Assembly (NCBI RefSeq): GCF_963921235.1
Contig: NC_086097.1
Location: 70,000,001-70,064,000 of the forward strand
From: Mobula hypostoma
Taxonomy: Eukaryota
Length of the DNA: 64,000 nt
Direction of reading: 5' to 3'
Part shown: positions 27,060-39,948 of the stretch, in pieces
How the letters are laid out: each line of letters begins with the position of its first letter
Position numbering within the stretch: the first letter of the stretch is position 1
Notes under the pieces: generated by a model
The model's input: only the letters and a program-made list of their open reading frames with translations
What the model was told of the DNA's origin: nothing
The model's database searches: none
Translations under genes and position numbers: made by a program

Positions 27060-28083
27060 ATAAATACAAAATAACACTCCAAGCAACTCAGTGAAAAGGT
27101 TATTGAAAAGCACAAGTCAGGAGATGGATACAAGAATATTTCCAAGCCACTGAATATCCCTGGAAGTACAGTTAAGTCAATCATCAAGAAATGGAAAGAA
27201 AATGGCACAACTGTGAATAACTCAGCCTAGAGCATGCCACCTCAAAAACTGAGAGAGCTGCAAGAAGGGGACTAGTGAGGGAGGCCTCCAAGAGACCTAT
27301 GACAACTCTGGAGGAGTTACAAGCTTCAGTGGCTGAGATGGGAGAGACTGCGCATGCAACAGCTGTTTCCCGGGTGCTTCATCAGTTGTAGCTTTGGGGG
27401 GAGACTGGCAAAGAGAAAGCCACTGTTGAGAAAAAACTCATATGAAGTCTTGGTTAGAGTTTGCCGGAAGGCATGTAGGAGTCTCTGAAGTCAACTGGAA
27501 GAAGTTTCCATGGTCTGATGAAACCAAAATTGAGCTTTTTGGCCATCAGACTAAGCACTATGTTTGCCGTAAGCCAAACACCACACAGCATCGAAAACAC
27601 ATCATCTTTACCGTGAAGCATTTTGGTGGCTGCATCATGCTGTGGGGATGCTTCACTGCAGCAGGTGCTGGAAGGCTTGTGAAGATAGAGGGTAAAATGA
27701 ATGCAGCAAGATATAGGAAAATACTGGAGGAAAATCTGATGCAGTCTGCAAGAGAACTGCAAATTGGGAGAAGATTTGTTTTCCAGAAAGACAATGACCC
27801 CAAGCATAAAGCCAAAGCTACACAGGAATGGTTTAAGAACAACAAAGTTAATGTCCTGCAGTGGCCAAGTCAGAGTCTGGGTCTCAATCCAATTGAGAAT
27901 TTGTGGCTGGACTTGAAAACGGCTGTTCACTCATAATCGCCCTGGAATCTGACAGAGCTTGAGCAGTTTTATAAAGAAGAATGGGGAAAAATTGTAGTGT
28001 CCAAATATGCAAAGTTGACAGAGACTTATCCACACAGAGTCAAGGTTGTAATTGTTGCCAAAGGTGCATCTACTAAATATTGA
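27060..28083 (+). pseudogene. Tc1 DD34E transposase, inactivated
   Basis: Start codon mutated to ATA; HTH region SGDGYKNISK; WSDETK, FQKDNDPKH, LNPIENLW triad; C-terminal AKGASTKY; internal stops and frameshift. Confidence 0.88.
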
Positions 28084-28086
28084 CTT

Positions 28087-31000
28087 AAGACCATAAGACC
28101 ATAAGACATAGGAGCAGAATTAGCCATTCAGTCCATTGAGTTTGCTCCACCATTTCATCATGGCTGATCCCAGATCCCACTCAACCCCATACACCTGTCT
28201 TCTCGCCATATCCTTTGATGCCCTGACCAATCAGGAAACTATCAACTTCCATTTTAAATATACTCGCAGACTTGGCCTCCACCACAGTCTGTGGCAAAGC
28301 ATTCCACAGATTTACCACTCTCTGGCTAAAAAAAATCCTCCTTACCACCGTTCTAAAAGGTTGCCCCTCAATTTTGAGGGTGTGCCCTCTAGTTCTGGAT
28401 ACCCCCACATAGGAAACATCCTCTCCATATCCACCCTATCTAGTCCTTTCAACATTTGGTAGGTTTCAATGAGATCCCTCTGAATTCTTCTAAATTCCAG
28501 TCTGTAGAGGCCCAAAGCTGCCAAACGTTCCTTATTATGTTAACCCCTTCATTCCTGGAAACTTCCTCGTGAACCTCTTCTGGACTCTCTCCAATGACAG
28601 CATGTCCTTCTTGAGACATGGGGCCCAAAACTGTTGGCAATACTTTAAGTACGGCCTGCCTAGTGTCTTATAAAGCCTCAGCATTATCACCTTGCTTTTA
28701 TATTCTATTTCACTTGGACCGAGTCGACGTGCCCCCCCTCCCCTCCCACTCCCTTGAAATAAATGCCAACATTGCATTTGCCTTCTTTACCACAGACTCA
28801 AACTGTAAATTAACCCTCTGGGACTTGCACGAGGACTCCTACGTCTCTCTGCACCTCTGATGTTTGAAACTTCTTTCCATTTAGATAATAGTCTGCACTA
28901 TTGTTCCTTTTACTGAAATACATTATCATACATTTCCCAATATTGTATTCCATCTGCCACTTTTTTGCCCATTCGTCCAATTTGTCTAAGTCCTACTGCA
29001 ATCGCATTGTTTCCCCAGCACTACCTACCCCTCCACCTATCTTCGTATCATTGCAAACTTTGCCACAAAACCATCAATTCCATTATCTAAATCATTGTCA
29101 AACAATGTAAGAAGCAATGGTCCCAATACTGACCCTGAGGAACACCACAAGTCACCAGTAGCCAACCAAAAAAGTCCCCTTTTATTCCCACTTGCTGCCT
29201 CTTGCCTGTCAGCCATTCCACTATCCATGCCAGTATCATTCCTGTAATGCCAAAGGATTTTATCTTGTTAAATAACCTCATGTGAGGCACCTTATCAAAT
29301 GCCTTCTGAAAATCCAAGTAAATGACACCCACTGCCTCTCCTTCATCCACCCTGCTTGTTACTTCCTTAAAGAACTCTGACAGATTTGTCAGGCAAGATT
29401 TCTGTTTACAGAAACCATGCTCACGTTGACTTATTTTATCATTAGTCTCCAAGTACCTTGAAACCTCATCCTTAATAATAGACTCCAACACTTTCCCAAC
29501 CACTGAGGTTAGGCTAATTGGCCTGTAATTTCACTTTATTTGCTTTCCTCCCTTCTTCAAGAATGGAGTGATATTTGCAATCTTCCAGTCTTCTGGGACC
29601 ACGACAGAATCAAGTGATTCTTGAAAGATCATGACCAATATATCCATTATCTCATTAGCAACCTCTCTCAGGACTTTGGAACATAGACCACCTGGTCCAG
29701 GTGACTTATCCACCTTAAGACGTTTGAGTTTGCCTAGCATGTTTTCTTTTGTAATTGCAATGACAGTCACTCTTGCTCTCTGACACTCATGGACCTCTGG
29801 CACACTGCTAGTGTCTTCCACAGTGAAGACAGACACAAAGTACCCATTAAGTTTATCTCCCATTTCTTTGTCCCCCATTACTGCCTCACCAACATCATTT
29901 ACCAGTGGTCCAATATCAACTGTCACCTGCCTTTTACTCTTTATATAACTGAAAAAAACTTTTGGTATCCTGCTTTATATTATTGTCTAGTCTGCCCTCA
30001 TATTTCATCTTTTCCCTTATAGCTTTTTTGGTAGCCTTTTGTTGGATTTTAAAAGCTTCCCAATCGTTCAACTTCCTGCTCACTTTATATGCCCTTTCCT
30101 TGACTTTTATGCTATTTTTAACTTCCTGCGGTTGCATACACCTGCCATTTGAGAACTTCTTCCTCTGTGGGACATAGCTATCCTGCACCTTGTGAACTAT
30201 CCCCAGAAAATTCAGCCACCTCTGCTCTGCCATCATCCCTGCCAGTATCCTTCTCCAATCCACCAGGGCAAGCTCCTCTCTCACGCCTCTGTTATTCACT
30301 CTATTCCATTGTGATACTGATACATGTGACTTATGCATCTCTCTCTCAAATTACAGTGTGAATTCAGTCATATTATGATCACTGCCTCCTTAGGGTTCCT
30401 TTACGTTAAGCTCTCTAATAAAATCTGGGTTATTACACAACATCCAATCTAAGATAGGCTTTCCTTGAGTAGGCTCAAGTACAAGCTGCTCTAAAAAGTC
30501 ATCTCGTAGGCATTCAACAAATTCTCTCTCTTGCGATCAGACACCAATCTAATTTCCTAATCTCCTTGAATATTGAAGACCCCATTACAATTGTGTCATT
30601 ACCCATATTACGTGCCTTTTCCAGCTCCCTTTGCAATTTTAACCCCACATCTTGACTACTATTTGGAGGTCTGTATGATTCTGATAATGGTTTTTTCACT
30701 CCTGTAATTTTTGTCTCCACTCACAAAGATTCAACATTCTCTGACCCTAGGTCACCTCTTTCTGAGGGTGTAATTCCATCTCCTACCAACAGAGCCACAC
30801 TACATCCTGTCCTTTTGATACAAAGTACATCCTTTGATGTCTAGCTCCCAACTTTGGCCTTCTTTCAGCCAGAACTCAGTGATGCCCACAATGTCATACC
30901 GACCAATCTCTAATTGTGCCTTAAATAGGTCCACCTTATTCCGAATGCTACATGCATTTAAATACAGCACTTTCAGTCCTACATTCTTTTGAATGTTGCC

Positions 31001-31981
31001 TCTATGGTACAGTTTAACTCTTTGTTCTATCCGTATTTGTAGCCAATCATTGGCTTGTCCTTCCTTACATTCATGTTACACCCATCATTTACTTGCAAAC
31101 CTGCTGGCTCATCCTCAGCTCCATCATCCTGGTTCCTATCCTCCTGACATATTAGTTTAAACCACTCCAAACAGCTCTAGTAAATCTACCTGCAAGAATA
31201 TTGGTCCCCCTTGGACTTAAGTGCAACCCATCCCTTTTGTACAGGTCCCACTTGCCCTAGAAGAGGTCCCAATTATCCAGAAATTTGAATCCCTGCCCCC
31301 GCTCCAATTCTTCAGCCACACATTCATCTGCCATCTCATTCTCTTCCTATCCTCATTGTCACGTGGCACAGGCAGTAATTCCAAGATTACTACCCTTGAG
31401 GTCCTGCTTCTCAGCTTCCTTCTTAATGCCATATATTCTTTTTTCAGGGCCTCTTCCCTTTTGCTTCCTATGTTGTTGGTACCAATATATATCATGACTT
31501 CTGGCTGCTCACCCTCCCTTTTTAGGATATTGTGGACATGTCCAGAAACTTCCCGAACCCAGGCACCTGGGAGGCAAACTACCATCCATGTTTCCTCTTT
31601 GCATCCACAGAATTGCCTTTCAGTCCCCTTGACTATAGCATCCCCTATTACTGCTGCCACCCTCTTCAGTTCCCTACCCTTCTGAGCCACAGGGCCAGAC
31701 TTAAAGCCAGAGGCACGGCTGCTGTTGCTTCCCCCAGGTAGGTCCTTCCCCCGCGCCCCCCCCCAACAGTACTCAAAATTGAGTACTTACTGTTGAGAGA
31801 GACGGCCACCGGGGTGCACTCCACTGTCTGACGTTTCCCCCTTCCCTCTCCTGACAGTCACCCATTTATCTGTCTCTTGTAGCCTTGGGGATGACTATGT
31901 CCCTGCAGAGCCTATATACTCCTCACTTTCCCTAACAAGCTGAAGGTCACTGAGCTGCAGCTCCAGTTCCCTTACACAGGA
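28087..31981 (-). mobile_element. CR1 LINE (ORF1 SGNH esterase plus ORF2), degenerate
   Basis: ORF1 VIGDAIVKG..CLPGA..IGTNNIG; ORF2 RT motifs; (tatggtct)n tail; short TSD ACTT. Confidence 0.92.
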
Positions 31982-33613
31982 ACTTGAAGGGGGTGAGTAC
32001 TTTTTTTTTTATTAAGTGCAATTGTGAACAATAGCCAGATCAGAAATGCTGATCGCCAACTAATTCCCAAAGAGAACTCTGATAGGCTAATCAGATGGTT
32101 CACTGCTGCTCAGTGATAGAACACAAAAAAAAACATATGTACAATTAAGAAACATTAAAAAATAGTAGAAATACTGGAGTCATGATGATCATGATGAGGT
32201 CTGCTGGAGAGAGACATTTATGCACATGCTGTCCTCTACAGTTCAAAGAGATTGAAGGATAAGGTTGCAGGTTGACAAAACATGGCAGGAGCACTTGGAA
32301 CTAAAAACTACTCCCTACAGGGAGAAAACAGCACCTGTTCTTTCTGCACTGTTCTCCAGCAGTTTAAGGACTAAGTCCAGCCAGAACGTAACTCACAAGT
32401 GCTCTTGAAAGTCAGGTATTAACTCCACCTACCAACAACCAAGCATTGCCATCCTGGTCCCCTTCATGATAGCTTATGAAGAAGCATGTGACTTCCCTCC
32501 CAGGGATGATAGGTGTTTGTGCACTCGACTCTTGAAGGCTTGGACCCCATCATCGCAGATGTTTCCAACCACAGCATCTGGAAGGCTGTTCCAAATTCTG
32601 ATAGCACAGTGAAGGAAGCTTCTATCCAGTGTGTAGGTTCTCGCATCGGGCATAAAAACAGCATGAGTAGGCATAGATAAACTTGATCGTGTGGTGCGCC
32701 GTCTCTCATAAGATGAAGGCAGCATGGCGCGAAGGTCTGCAGGGCTGTGGCTGGTGTGTATTTTGTATAGCACAACCTGTCATCCATGGTGTAAGCTACT
32801 GATGGCTAGCTTCTCATGAGTTGTGGCTTCATCTACCCCTATAATCCTGAGAGCCTTCCTTTGAATGAAATCACGCTTTTGCTGAGGACACTCTGTGAGG
32901 CATTCATCCATGAGAAGCAGACATACTCCTTGATACTTCGTACCTGGGCTTTGTAAACAGTGGCTCTGCCCTCTTTGTCTAATTTGGATGCTACTTTCCA
33001 CAGTTCTCCAAGCCCTTGTCCAGCCTTGTTTGAAATGGTGGAAAGGTGTTTATCCCACACCAACTTGCTGTCAATATTAACACCAAGGATTACTAGCTCC
33101 TTCTTTAAATCCAGCTTACAGTTCCCAAAATACAGGTTGGGGTTAGATGGATTCCTCTTCCTAGACATCACCATCACCTTGCACTTAGTAGGCTCAAAGG
33201 TGACATTCCAGTCGTCTGCCCAGGCTTTCATCCTGTCAAGATCCCTATTCAGTCCTGCTGCTACTGCATTGCTCTCTCCTGCTCTAATTGGTGCAAATAG
33301 TGTGGAGTCATCAGTGTACAGGTATAGCTTGTTACTGCATGCATCAACCAAATCGTCAATAAAGATGGAAAACAGAAGTGGCCCAAGTATTGAACCCTGT
33401 GGTGCAGATGCATTGATGGGTGAAGAATCAGGAGCCTGACCAGAGATAACAACTTTGATGCTCCGTCCATGAAGGTAGCTCTGCAGCCATCTTATCAGCT
33501 TTCCAGATATTCCTTTGGATCTCAGCTTAACACAGAGTCCATTATGCCAGACATTGTCAAATGCTCCTTTGATATCCAGGGTATGACACACACTTCTCCA
33601 CCTTTGTCTAGAA

Positions 33614-36039
33614 CATAGAACATAGAATAGTACAGCACAGTACAGGCCCTTCAGCCCGCAATGTTGTGCCGACCCTCAAACCCTGCCTCTCATATAAGCC
33701 CCACCTTAAATTCCTCCATATACCTGTCCAGTGGTCTCTTAAACTTCACTAGTGTATCTGCCTCCACCACTGACTCAGGCAGTGCATTCCACACACCAAC
33801 TACTCTCTGAGTAAAAAACCTTCCTCTAATATCCCCCTTGAACTTCCCACCCCTTACCTTAAAGCCATGTCCTCTTGTATTGAGCAGTGGTGCCCTGGGG
33901 AAGAGGCGCTGGCTATCCACTCTATCTATTCCTCTTATTTTCTTGTACACCTCTATCATGTCTCCTCTCATCCTCCTTCTCTCCAAAGAGAAAAGCCCTA
34001 GCTCCCTTAATCTCTGATCATAATGCATACTCTCTAAACCAGGCAGCATCCTGGTAAATCTCCTCTGTACCCTTTCCAATGCTTCCACATCCTTCCTATA
34101 GTGAGGCGACCAGAACTGGACACAGTACTCCAAGTGTGGCCTAACCAGAGTTTTATAGAGCTGGATCATTACTTCGCAACTTTTAAACTCTATCCCTCGA
34201 TTTACGAAAGCTAACACCCCATAAGCTTTCTTAACTACCCTATCCACCTGTGAGGCAACTTTCAGGGACCTATGGACATGTACCCCCAGATCCCTCTGCT
34301 CCTCCACACTACCAAGTATCCTGCCACTTACTTTGTACTCTGCCTTGGAGTTTGTCCTTCCAAAGTGTACCACCTCACACTTCTCCGGGTTGAACTCCAT
34401 CTGCCACTTCTCAGCCCACTTCTGCATCCTATCAATGTCTCTCTGCAATCTTTGACAATCCTCTACACTATCTACAACACCACCAACCTTTGTGTCATCT
34501 GTAAACTTGCCAACCCTGCCTTCTACCCCAACATCCAGGTCGTTAATAAAAATCACGAAAAGTAGAGGTCCCAGAACAGATATTTGTGGGGCACCCCTAG
34601 TCACAATCCTCCATTCTGAATGTACTCCCTGCAACACGACCCTCTGCCTTCTGCAGGCAAGCCAATTCTGAATCCACCTGGCCAAACTTCCCTGGATCCC
34701 ATGCCTTCTGACTTTCTGAATAAGCCTACCATGTGGAACCTTGTCAAATGCCTTACTAAAATCCATATAGATCACATCCACTGCACTACCCTCATCTATA
34801 TGCCTGATCACCTCCTCAAAGAACTCTATCAGGCTTGTTAGACATGATCTGCCCTTCACAAAGCCATGCTGACTGTCCCTGATCAGACCATGATTCTCTA
34901 AATGCCCAGAGATCCTATCTCTAAGAATCTTTTCCAACAGCTTTCCCACCACAGATGTAAGGCTCACTGGTCTATAATTACCTGGACTATCCCTACTACC
35001 TTTTTTGAACAAGGGGACAACATTTGCCTCCCTCCAATCCTCTGGTACCATTCCTGTGGACAACGAGGGTATAAAGATCCTAGCCAGAGGCTCAGCAATC
35101 TCTTCCCTTGCCTCGTGGAGCAGCCTGGGGAATATTCCATCAGGCCCCGGGGACTTAACTGTCCTAATGTATTTTAACAACTCCAACACCTCCTCTCCCT
35201 TAATATCAACATGCTCCAGAACATCAACCTCACCCATATTGTCCTCACCATCATCAAGTTCCCTCTCATTGGTGAATACCGAAGAGAGGTATTCATTGAG
35301 GACCTTGCTTACTTCCACAGCCTCCAGGCACATCTTCCCACCTTTATCTCTAATTGGTCCTACCTTCACTCCTGTCATCCTTTTTCTCTTCAAATAATTG
35401 AAGAATGCCTTGGGGTTTTCCTTTACCCTACTCACCAAGGCCTTCTCATGCCCCCTTCTTGCTCTTCTCAGCCCCTTCTTAAGCTCCTTTCTTGCTTCCC
35501 TATATTCCTCAATAGACCCATCTGATCCCTGCTTCCTAAACCTCATGTATGCTGCCTTCTTCCACCTGACTAGATTTTCCATCTCACTTGTCACCCATGG
35601 TTCCTTCACCCTACCATTCTTTATCTTCCGCACTGGGACAGATTTATCCCTAACATCCTGCAAGAGATCTCTAAACATCGACCACATGTCCATAGTACAT
35701 TTCCCTGCAAAAACATCATCCCAATTCACACCCACAAGTTCGAGCCTTATAGCCTCATAATTTGCCCTTCCCCAATTAAAAATTTTCCTGTCCTCTCTGA
35801 TTCTATCCTTTTCCATGATAATGCTAAAGGCCAGGGAGCGGTGGTCACTGTCCCCCAGATGCCCACCCACTGAGAGATCTGTGACCTGACCCGGTTCATT
35901 ACCTAGTACTAGATCTAGTGTGGCATTCCCCCTAGTCGGTCTGTCCACATACTGTGACAGGAATCCGTCCTGGTCACACTTAACAAACTCTGCCCCATCT
36001 AAACCCTTTGGAACTAATCAGGTGCCAATCAATATTAGG
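33614..36039 (-). mobile_element. Young 5'-truncated CR1 LINE nested in the RT of the poly(A) LINE
   Basis: (tatgttc)n tail; the host ORF rejoins across the insert as WNT..LDKGGEV. Confidence 0.92.
33690..35948 (-). CDS. CR1 ORF2 (end of APE, RT, C-terminus), uninterrupted 752 aa but 5'-truncated
   Basis: Continuous ORF with NYRPVSLTS, SQHGF, DFSKAFDKV, FTDD, HLEYCVQFW. Confidence 0.8.
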   Translation of the reverse strand: MDRPTRGNATLDLVLGNEPGQVTDLSVGGHLGDSDHRSLAFSIIMEKDRIREDRKIFNWGRANYEAIRLELVGVNWDDVFAGKCTMDMWSMFRDLLQDVRDKSVPVRKIKNGRVKEPWVTSEMENLVRWKKAAYMRFRKQGSDGSIEEYREARKELKKGLRRARRGHEKALVSRVKENPKAFFNYLKRKRMTGVKVGPIRDKGGKMCLEAVEVSKVLNEYLSSVFTNERELDDGEDNMGEVDVLEHVDIKGEEVLELLKYIRTVKSPGPDGIFPRLLHEAREEIAEPLARIFIPSLSTGMVPEDWREANVVPLFKKGSRDSPGNYRPVSLTSVVGKLLEKILRDRISGHLENHGLIRDSQHGFVKGRSCLTSLIEFFEEVIRHIDEGSAVDVIYMDFSKAFDKVPHGRLIQKVRRHGIQGSLARWIQNWLACRRQRVVLQGVHSEWRIVTRGAPQISVLGPLLFVIFINDLDVGVEGRVGKFTDDTKVGGVVDSVEDCQRLQRDIDRMQKWAEKWQMEFNPEKCEVVHFGRTNSKAEYKVSGRILGSVEEQRDLGVHVHRSLKVASQVDRVVKKAYGVLAFVNRGIEFKSCEVMIQLYKTLVRPHLEYCVQFWSPHYRKDVEALERVQRRFTRMLPGLESMHYDQRLRELGLFSLERRRMRGDMIEVYKKIRGIDRVDSQRLFPRAPLLNTRGHGFKVRGGKFKGDIRGRFFTQRVVGVWNALPESVVEADTLVKFKRPLDRYMEEFKVGLI

Positions 36040-38399
36040 GAAGGTGTTCCACGTTTGCGATAAGGTGGTGAGGAGATCGGCTGTACTGTGATCAGGTCTA
36101 AATCCACACTGCCTACTTGAAATTAAGTTGTTATGGAGTAGGTAGTTCTGAACTTGTTTGTGGACTGCTGCTTCCATTACCTTGCTGATGACACTGAGTA
36201 AGGATATGGGGCAGTAATTTGTAGGATCAGCTCTGGAATCCCGCTTGTGTACTGGTGTTACTGATGCTATTTTCCATTGTTCTGGGAATACACCACTCGA
36301 GAAGCATAACTGGAAGAGGCGGCAGAGAGGACCTGCAAGTTGTGCACTGCATTCCTTTGAGACCCTAGTTATAATCTGGTCAGGGCCAGGTGCTTTATCA
36401 GGCTGAAGCTGTTGCATAATTTTCCTGATGTCTTTAGGTTTGAAGATGATTTTGCTCAGCGAGGTGGTAGTAAGCTGCTTGACATCCGGTGGCTGGCCAT
36501 TGGCATTTGTGAGCCGACATTTATCTGCGAAACCCTGACAGAAAACATTGGCCTTATCTTTTGCTGTTGTATGTACAGACCCATTGTGCTCAATGTCAGG
36601 GATGTCGGAGTGGCCTGTTCTTCCAGAGAGGGAGTTCACAACATTCCACCACTTCTTGCTGCTAAGGTTACCACTGGTTAAGTCGCTCTTGAGTTTGATG
36701 TTATGGTTTCTTCTGGCCTGTCTCTCTGCTCGATTGTGTGACTGCCTAGCCTGTGCAAACCTCTCCTTACTAGCAGGGGTGTTGCACTTCTTTAGCTGGC
36801 GGTAGAGACGACCTTTCTTCTTTACTGCTCGTCTGCACTTGTCATCAAACCATACTTTATTGCCAGTCTTTTAGTAACAATTTTGCTGGGGTTATCGTCT
36901 GAAGAACCCACTTGAGCCACAGTTGTTGCCTTAGCGGGTAGGTCCGTCATAACAAGATCAAGGATATACTTCCCCCTTGTTGGGTCTGACACAATCTGCT
37001 GCAGACCAAGACTATCAGCTAGTTGTAGTGTGCGCCAGCTGGCATTGTCAGTTGTTCGGCTGCCCAGCCAGTATTGGTGATGGACGTTGAAGCATCACGG
37101 ACTGTGCACTAAACTCTGTCAACTTGGGGACGGTGCTACTGTCCAGGTATTCAAGGATATCATTGTTGGCAATAGGAGGTCAGTAGATGGCACCAATTAG
37201 TAGTTTCTGTGATTGAAGAGCCATGGTGAACCACATGAATTCAAGGTCTTTCGGATCTCTCCTAGGGTTATGGTGTATCGCGATACCCTCCAAACAGTAA
37301 ACAGCAATGCCACCTCCTGATGTTCCCTCCCAATCTCTGCAGCAACACATTGAGTAGCCAGGGATGGTTATGCAGTCCACTCCACCTGGGACTGATGAGT
37401 CGAGGAATGTTTCAACAACAATAATGATGGAAGGTTTCTCTTCAGTGCACAGGCTGGCAAGTTCACCTATATTTGATCGGAGTCCACGTATGTTTACCTC
37501 GAATGATTCGCAGTTCCTTATCACATGTTGATGGGTAGGTGTGGGTCGTTTCCGTTTAAACTCGTCCATTCGAGGCTTACATTAGTACTTATACAATCAA
37601 TTATTTTGTGTTTTACATTTGTAATTAATTTAGATCACGTTGTAGAAATCTGTTTTCACTTTGACACAAAAGAGTCTTTTTCTGTTGATCGCGTCAAAAA
37701 AAGCTAAATTAAACCTACTGTGATTCAATGCTGTAAAACAATAAAACATGAAAACTTCCAAGGGGGTGAGTACTTTTTATAGACACTGTACCTTTCCTGT
37801 ACTCTGTGCAATTGATCTTTAAACACCCTCTACACATCTGAAGTTCTCTTGCCAGAGAGAAGGTGTTCCCAATTAATGCTTCAAAGTTCCTGCCTAATGC
37901 CCTCGTAATTTGCCCTACTCCAATTTAAAACTTTCCCACAAGGATCATACCTATCCTTATCTATAGCTATCCTGAGAGTTAGAAGTGTGGTCACTGGTCC
38001 CTAACAGTTCACCCACTGGAAGGTCAGTCACCTGGTCAGGCTCATTATTTAACAGCAGGTCCAGTATGACCAGTGCTCTCTTTGGACCATTCTGGATACA
38101 CGTAACAAATTCTGCCCTGCCTAAACCCCTTACACTAAGAAGGTCCCAGTTAATATCAGGGAAGTTGAAATCCCCCATGTCAAGAACCCTTTTTTTTTTA
38201 CACACGCATTTCCTTAACCTGATTGCATATCGGTTCCTCAGTGTCCCAGTGGCTATTAGGGGGGCTGTAGTGCAATCCCATCATTGTGGTTGCACCTTTC
38301 CTATTCCCAAGTTCCAGCCAAATGGACTCAGTGTCTGACCCCTCCATTATGTCTATTCTGAGTGCAGCTTCATCATCATAAGTCTAAATTCTCAAGCAT

Positions 38400-38530
38400 C
38401 CTATCCAAGAGCACTGTGGGAATACCTTCTCAAACTAACCGCAACAGTTCATGGAGGTGTCTCACCAGCATATTAAGTACAATTATAAGATGTGCAATAA
38501 ATGCCGGCCTTGCTGGTACTGCTAGAAAGT
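38400..38530 (+). mobile_element. Old LINE/SINE 3' tail remnant
   Basis: gcactgtggg..tacc..ctcacca..gcaataaatgccggccttgc motif, recalled as typical of an ancient chondrichthyan CR1/L2-type tail. Confidence 0.4.
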
Positions 38531-39948
38531 GACCAAAGAACCCTTCAAGTGTATACAGATTTAAGAAAGATGTTGCTTATCATTAAAATTAAATTAAGTT
38601 CAATTGTCAACAACCCATCTAAAATACCATGCAATTCCATTACTTTACGAGTGAAGCTGTCAATAAAGTGGCGTAATCTTTTGTGTGAAAAAGCCATATA
38701 TTCAGCCCAATTCAAATAGTGAATACTTCATCTGTATTTTCACTTTCAGTGGTCTTCTTATTTGATTGAATATCAGGTAGTTTGAAATGCTGGAGCACAA
38801 GCAGCTCTTTTTCATAGACTTCCCTCAATTCACTAAGACTGGAAGAATGCCAGGAGTATGACAAGATTGGATTCAAAACTTACTTGGGATGCCAACAATA
38901 CACCCAAGTTCTCGCAGAGATCACCTTAGGGTAAACATATGCAGCATAAAAATACGTTTTGTCTCTGCTCTTTGAGGAGAGCAGCTTTGAGAGACTACTA
39001 TCCAATAACCTAAATCTTCTTTTACATTAAAAATATGTACAGCATCCATGTAAACTATTGGAGCAAAGCCTTGGGCTAGACCAGTATTAAACCAATATCT
39101 AAATGTTTCTACTCTCAAATGTTTTTGTACTTTTGTTCCCTCTATTTCTTGAAGGTACTCTGGCTCAGGCTACACTCCTTTTCCACGCATGCCAGAATCT
39201 TTCCAAAGTGATCACTTTTCAAGTGAGACTTCACAGAAAATGTTGGCAGACTCTGCCTTTGGAAAGTCAGTCATTCTAAATACAAGTGTACTTTCTATAC
39301 TGGTCCCTGGATCATGATTAAGATCAGTGATCGTGGCTCAGGGGCATTTAGCCAAGTTCCACTAAGTTCAGCTAAATCAACAAAAGCAAGAAATTAAACT
39401 ACTTCATCTATTTTTTCCTTCCTAATTCTTCTTAAATTATTTTCTCATTCAAACTAAGATAATTTCAATTGACACTGAATTTAAAAATCTCTCACCCTTA
39501 AACTCCTGATTTAGCCGAACTCATGTTACAGTGATAGGTTCTTCACAGCTGCATACAAACATATGAATTGGACACAGCAGTAGGCCACTCAGCCCTTCAA
39601 TAAGATCATGATTCATCTGATTGCATTCTAGTCTACTTGCAGTAGACTTTCTACCCATTGCTTATCAGGAATCTACCTTCCGCACCTTACAAATATTTGA
39701 GGACTCTCCTTTTACCCTCCATTGAGGAAGAGAATTTTGAAGACCATGGGAGTGAAATAAAAGGTGTCCTTTCTCTGACTTAAATGGTAGATCCCTATTT
39801 TTTAAACAGTGATCCCTGGTTTCAGATTCTTCCACAGGAGCAAGCTCACTCTCTCCACGACCAACCTGGCAAGATGCCTCAGGATCTTAATTGCTGAAGA
39901 ATGAATATGGTGAGGACAAATGAAATTTAAGTGAAAAGCACAAGTGAA

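Larger units (their letters stand above)
32003..37583 (-). mobile_element. Poly(A)-tailed CR1/L2-group LINE of a distinct lineage, degenerate
   Basis: APE VNIRGLRSN..VETFL..GGGIAVY; RT NYCPISLLSVISKVME, LDIKGAFD.VWH.GL, PQGSILGP, YTDD. Poly(A) at 32003. 7-bp TSD AGTACTT (31996-32002 / 37584-37590). Confidence 0.88.
22980..37788 (+). mobile_element. Full-length Passport-like Tc1 transposon interrupted by three LINE insertions
   Basis: TA TSD (22978-79 / 37789-90). TIR ends tAGTGCCCATAAAAAGTATTCA and TGAGTACTTTTTATAGACACTG. Pieces: 22980-23052, 26723-28086, 31982-32002, 37584-37788. Confidence 0.92.
22017..38370 (-). mobile_element. Old CR1 LINE split by the Tc1 nest (pieces 22017-22979 and 37789-38370)
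   Basis: RT motifs (SQHGF, DLSKAFDKV) on the left, endonuclease motifs (MGDFNFPDINW, SDH) on the right. The sequence joins across a TA duplication: gaacaTA / TAcctttcc. Confidence 0.8.

Noticed and set aside
28710..28750. Short GC-rich insert within CR1
   Set aside because: About 40 bp, too short to assign an origin or function
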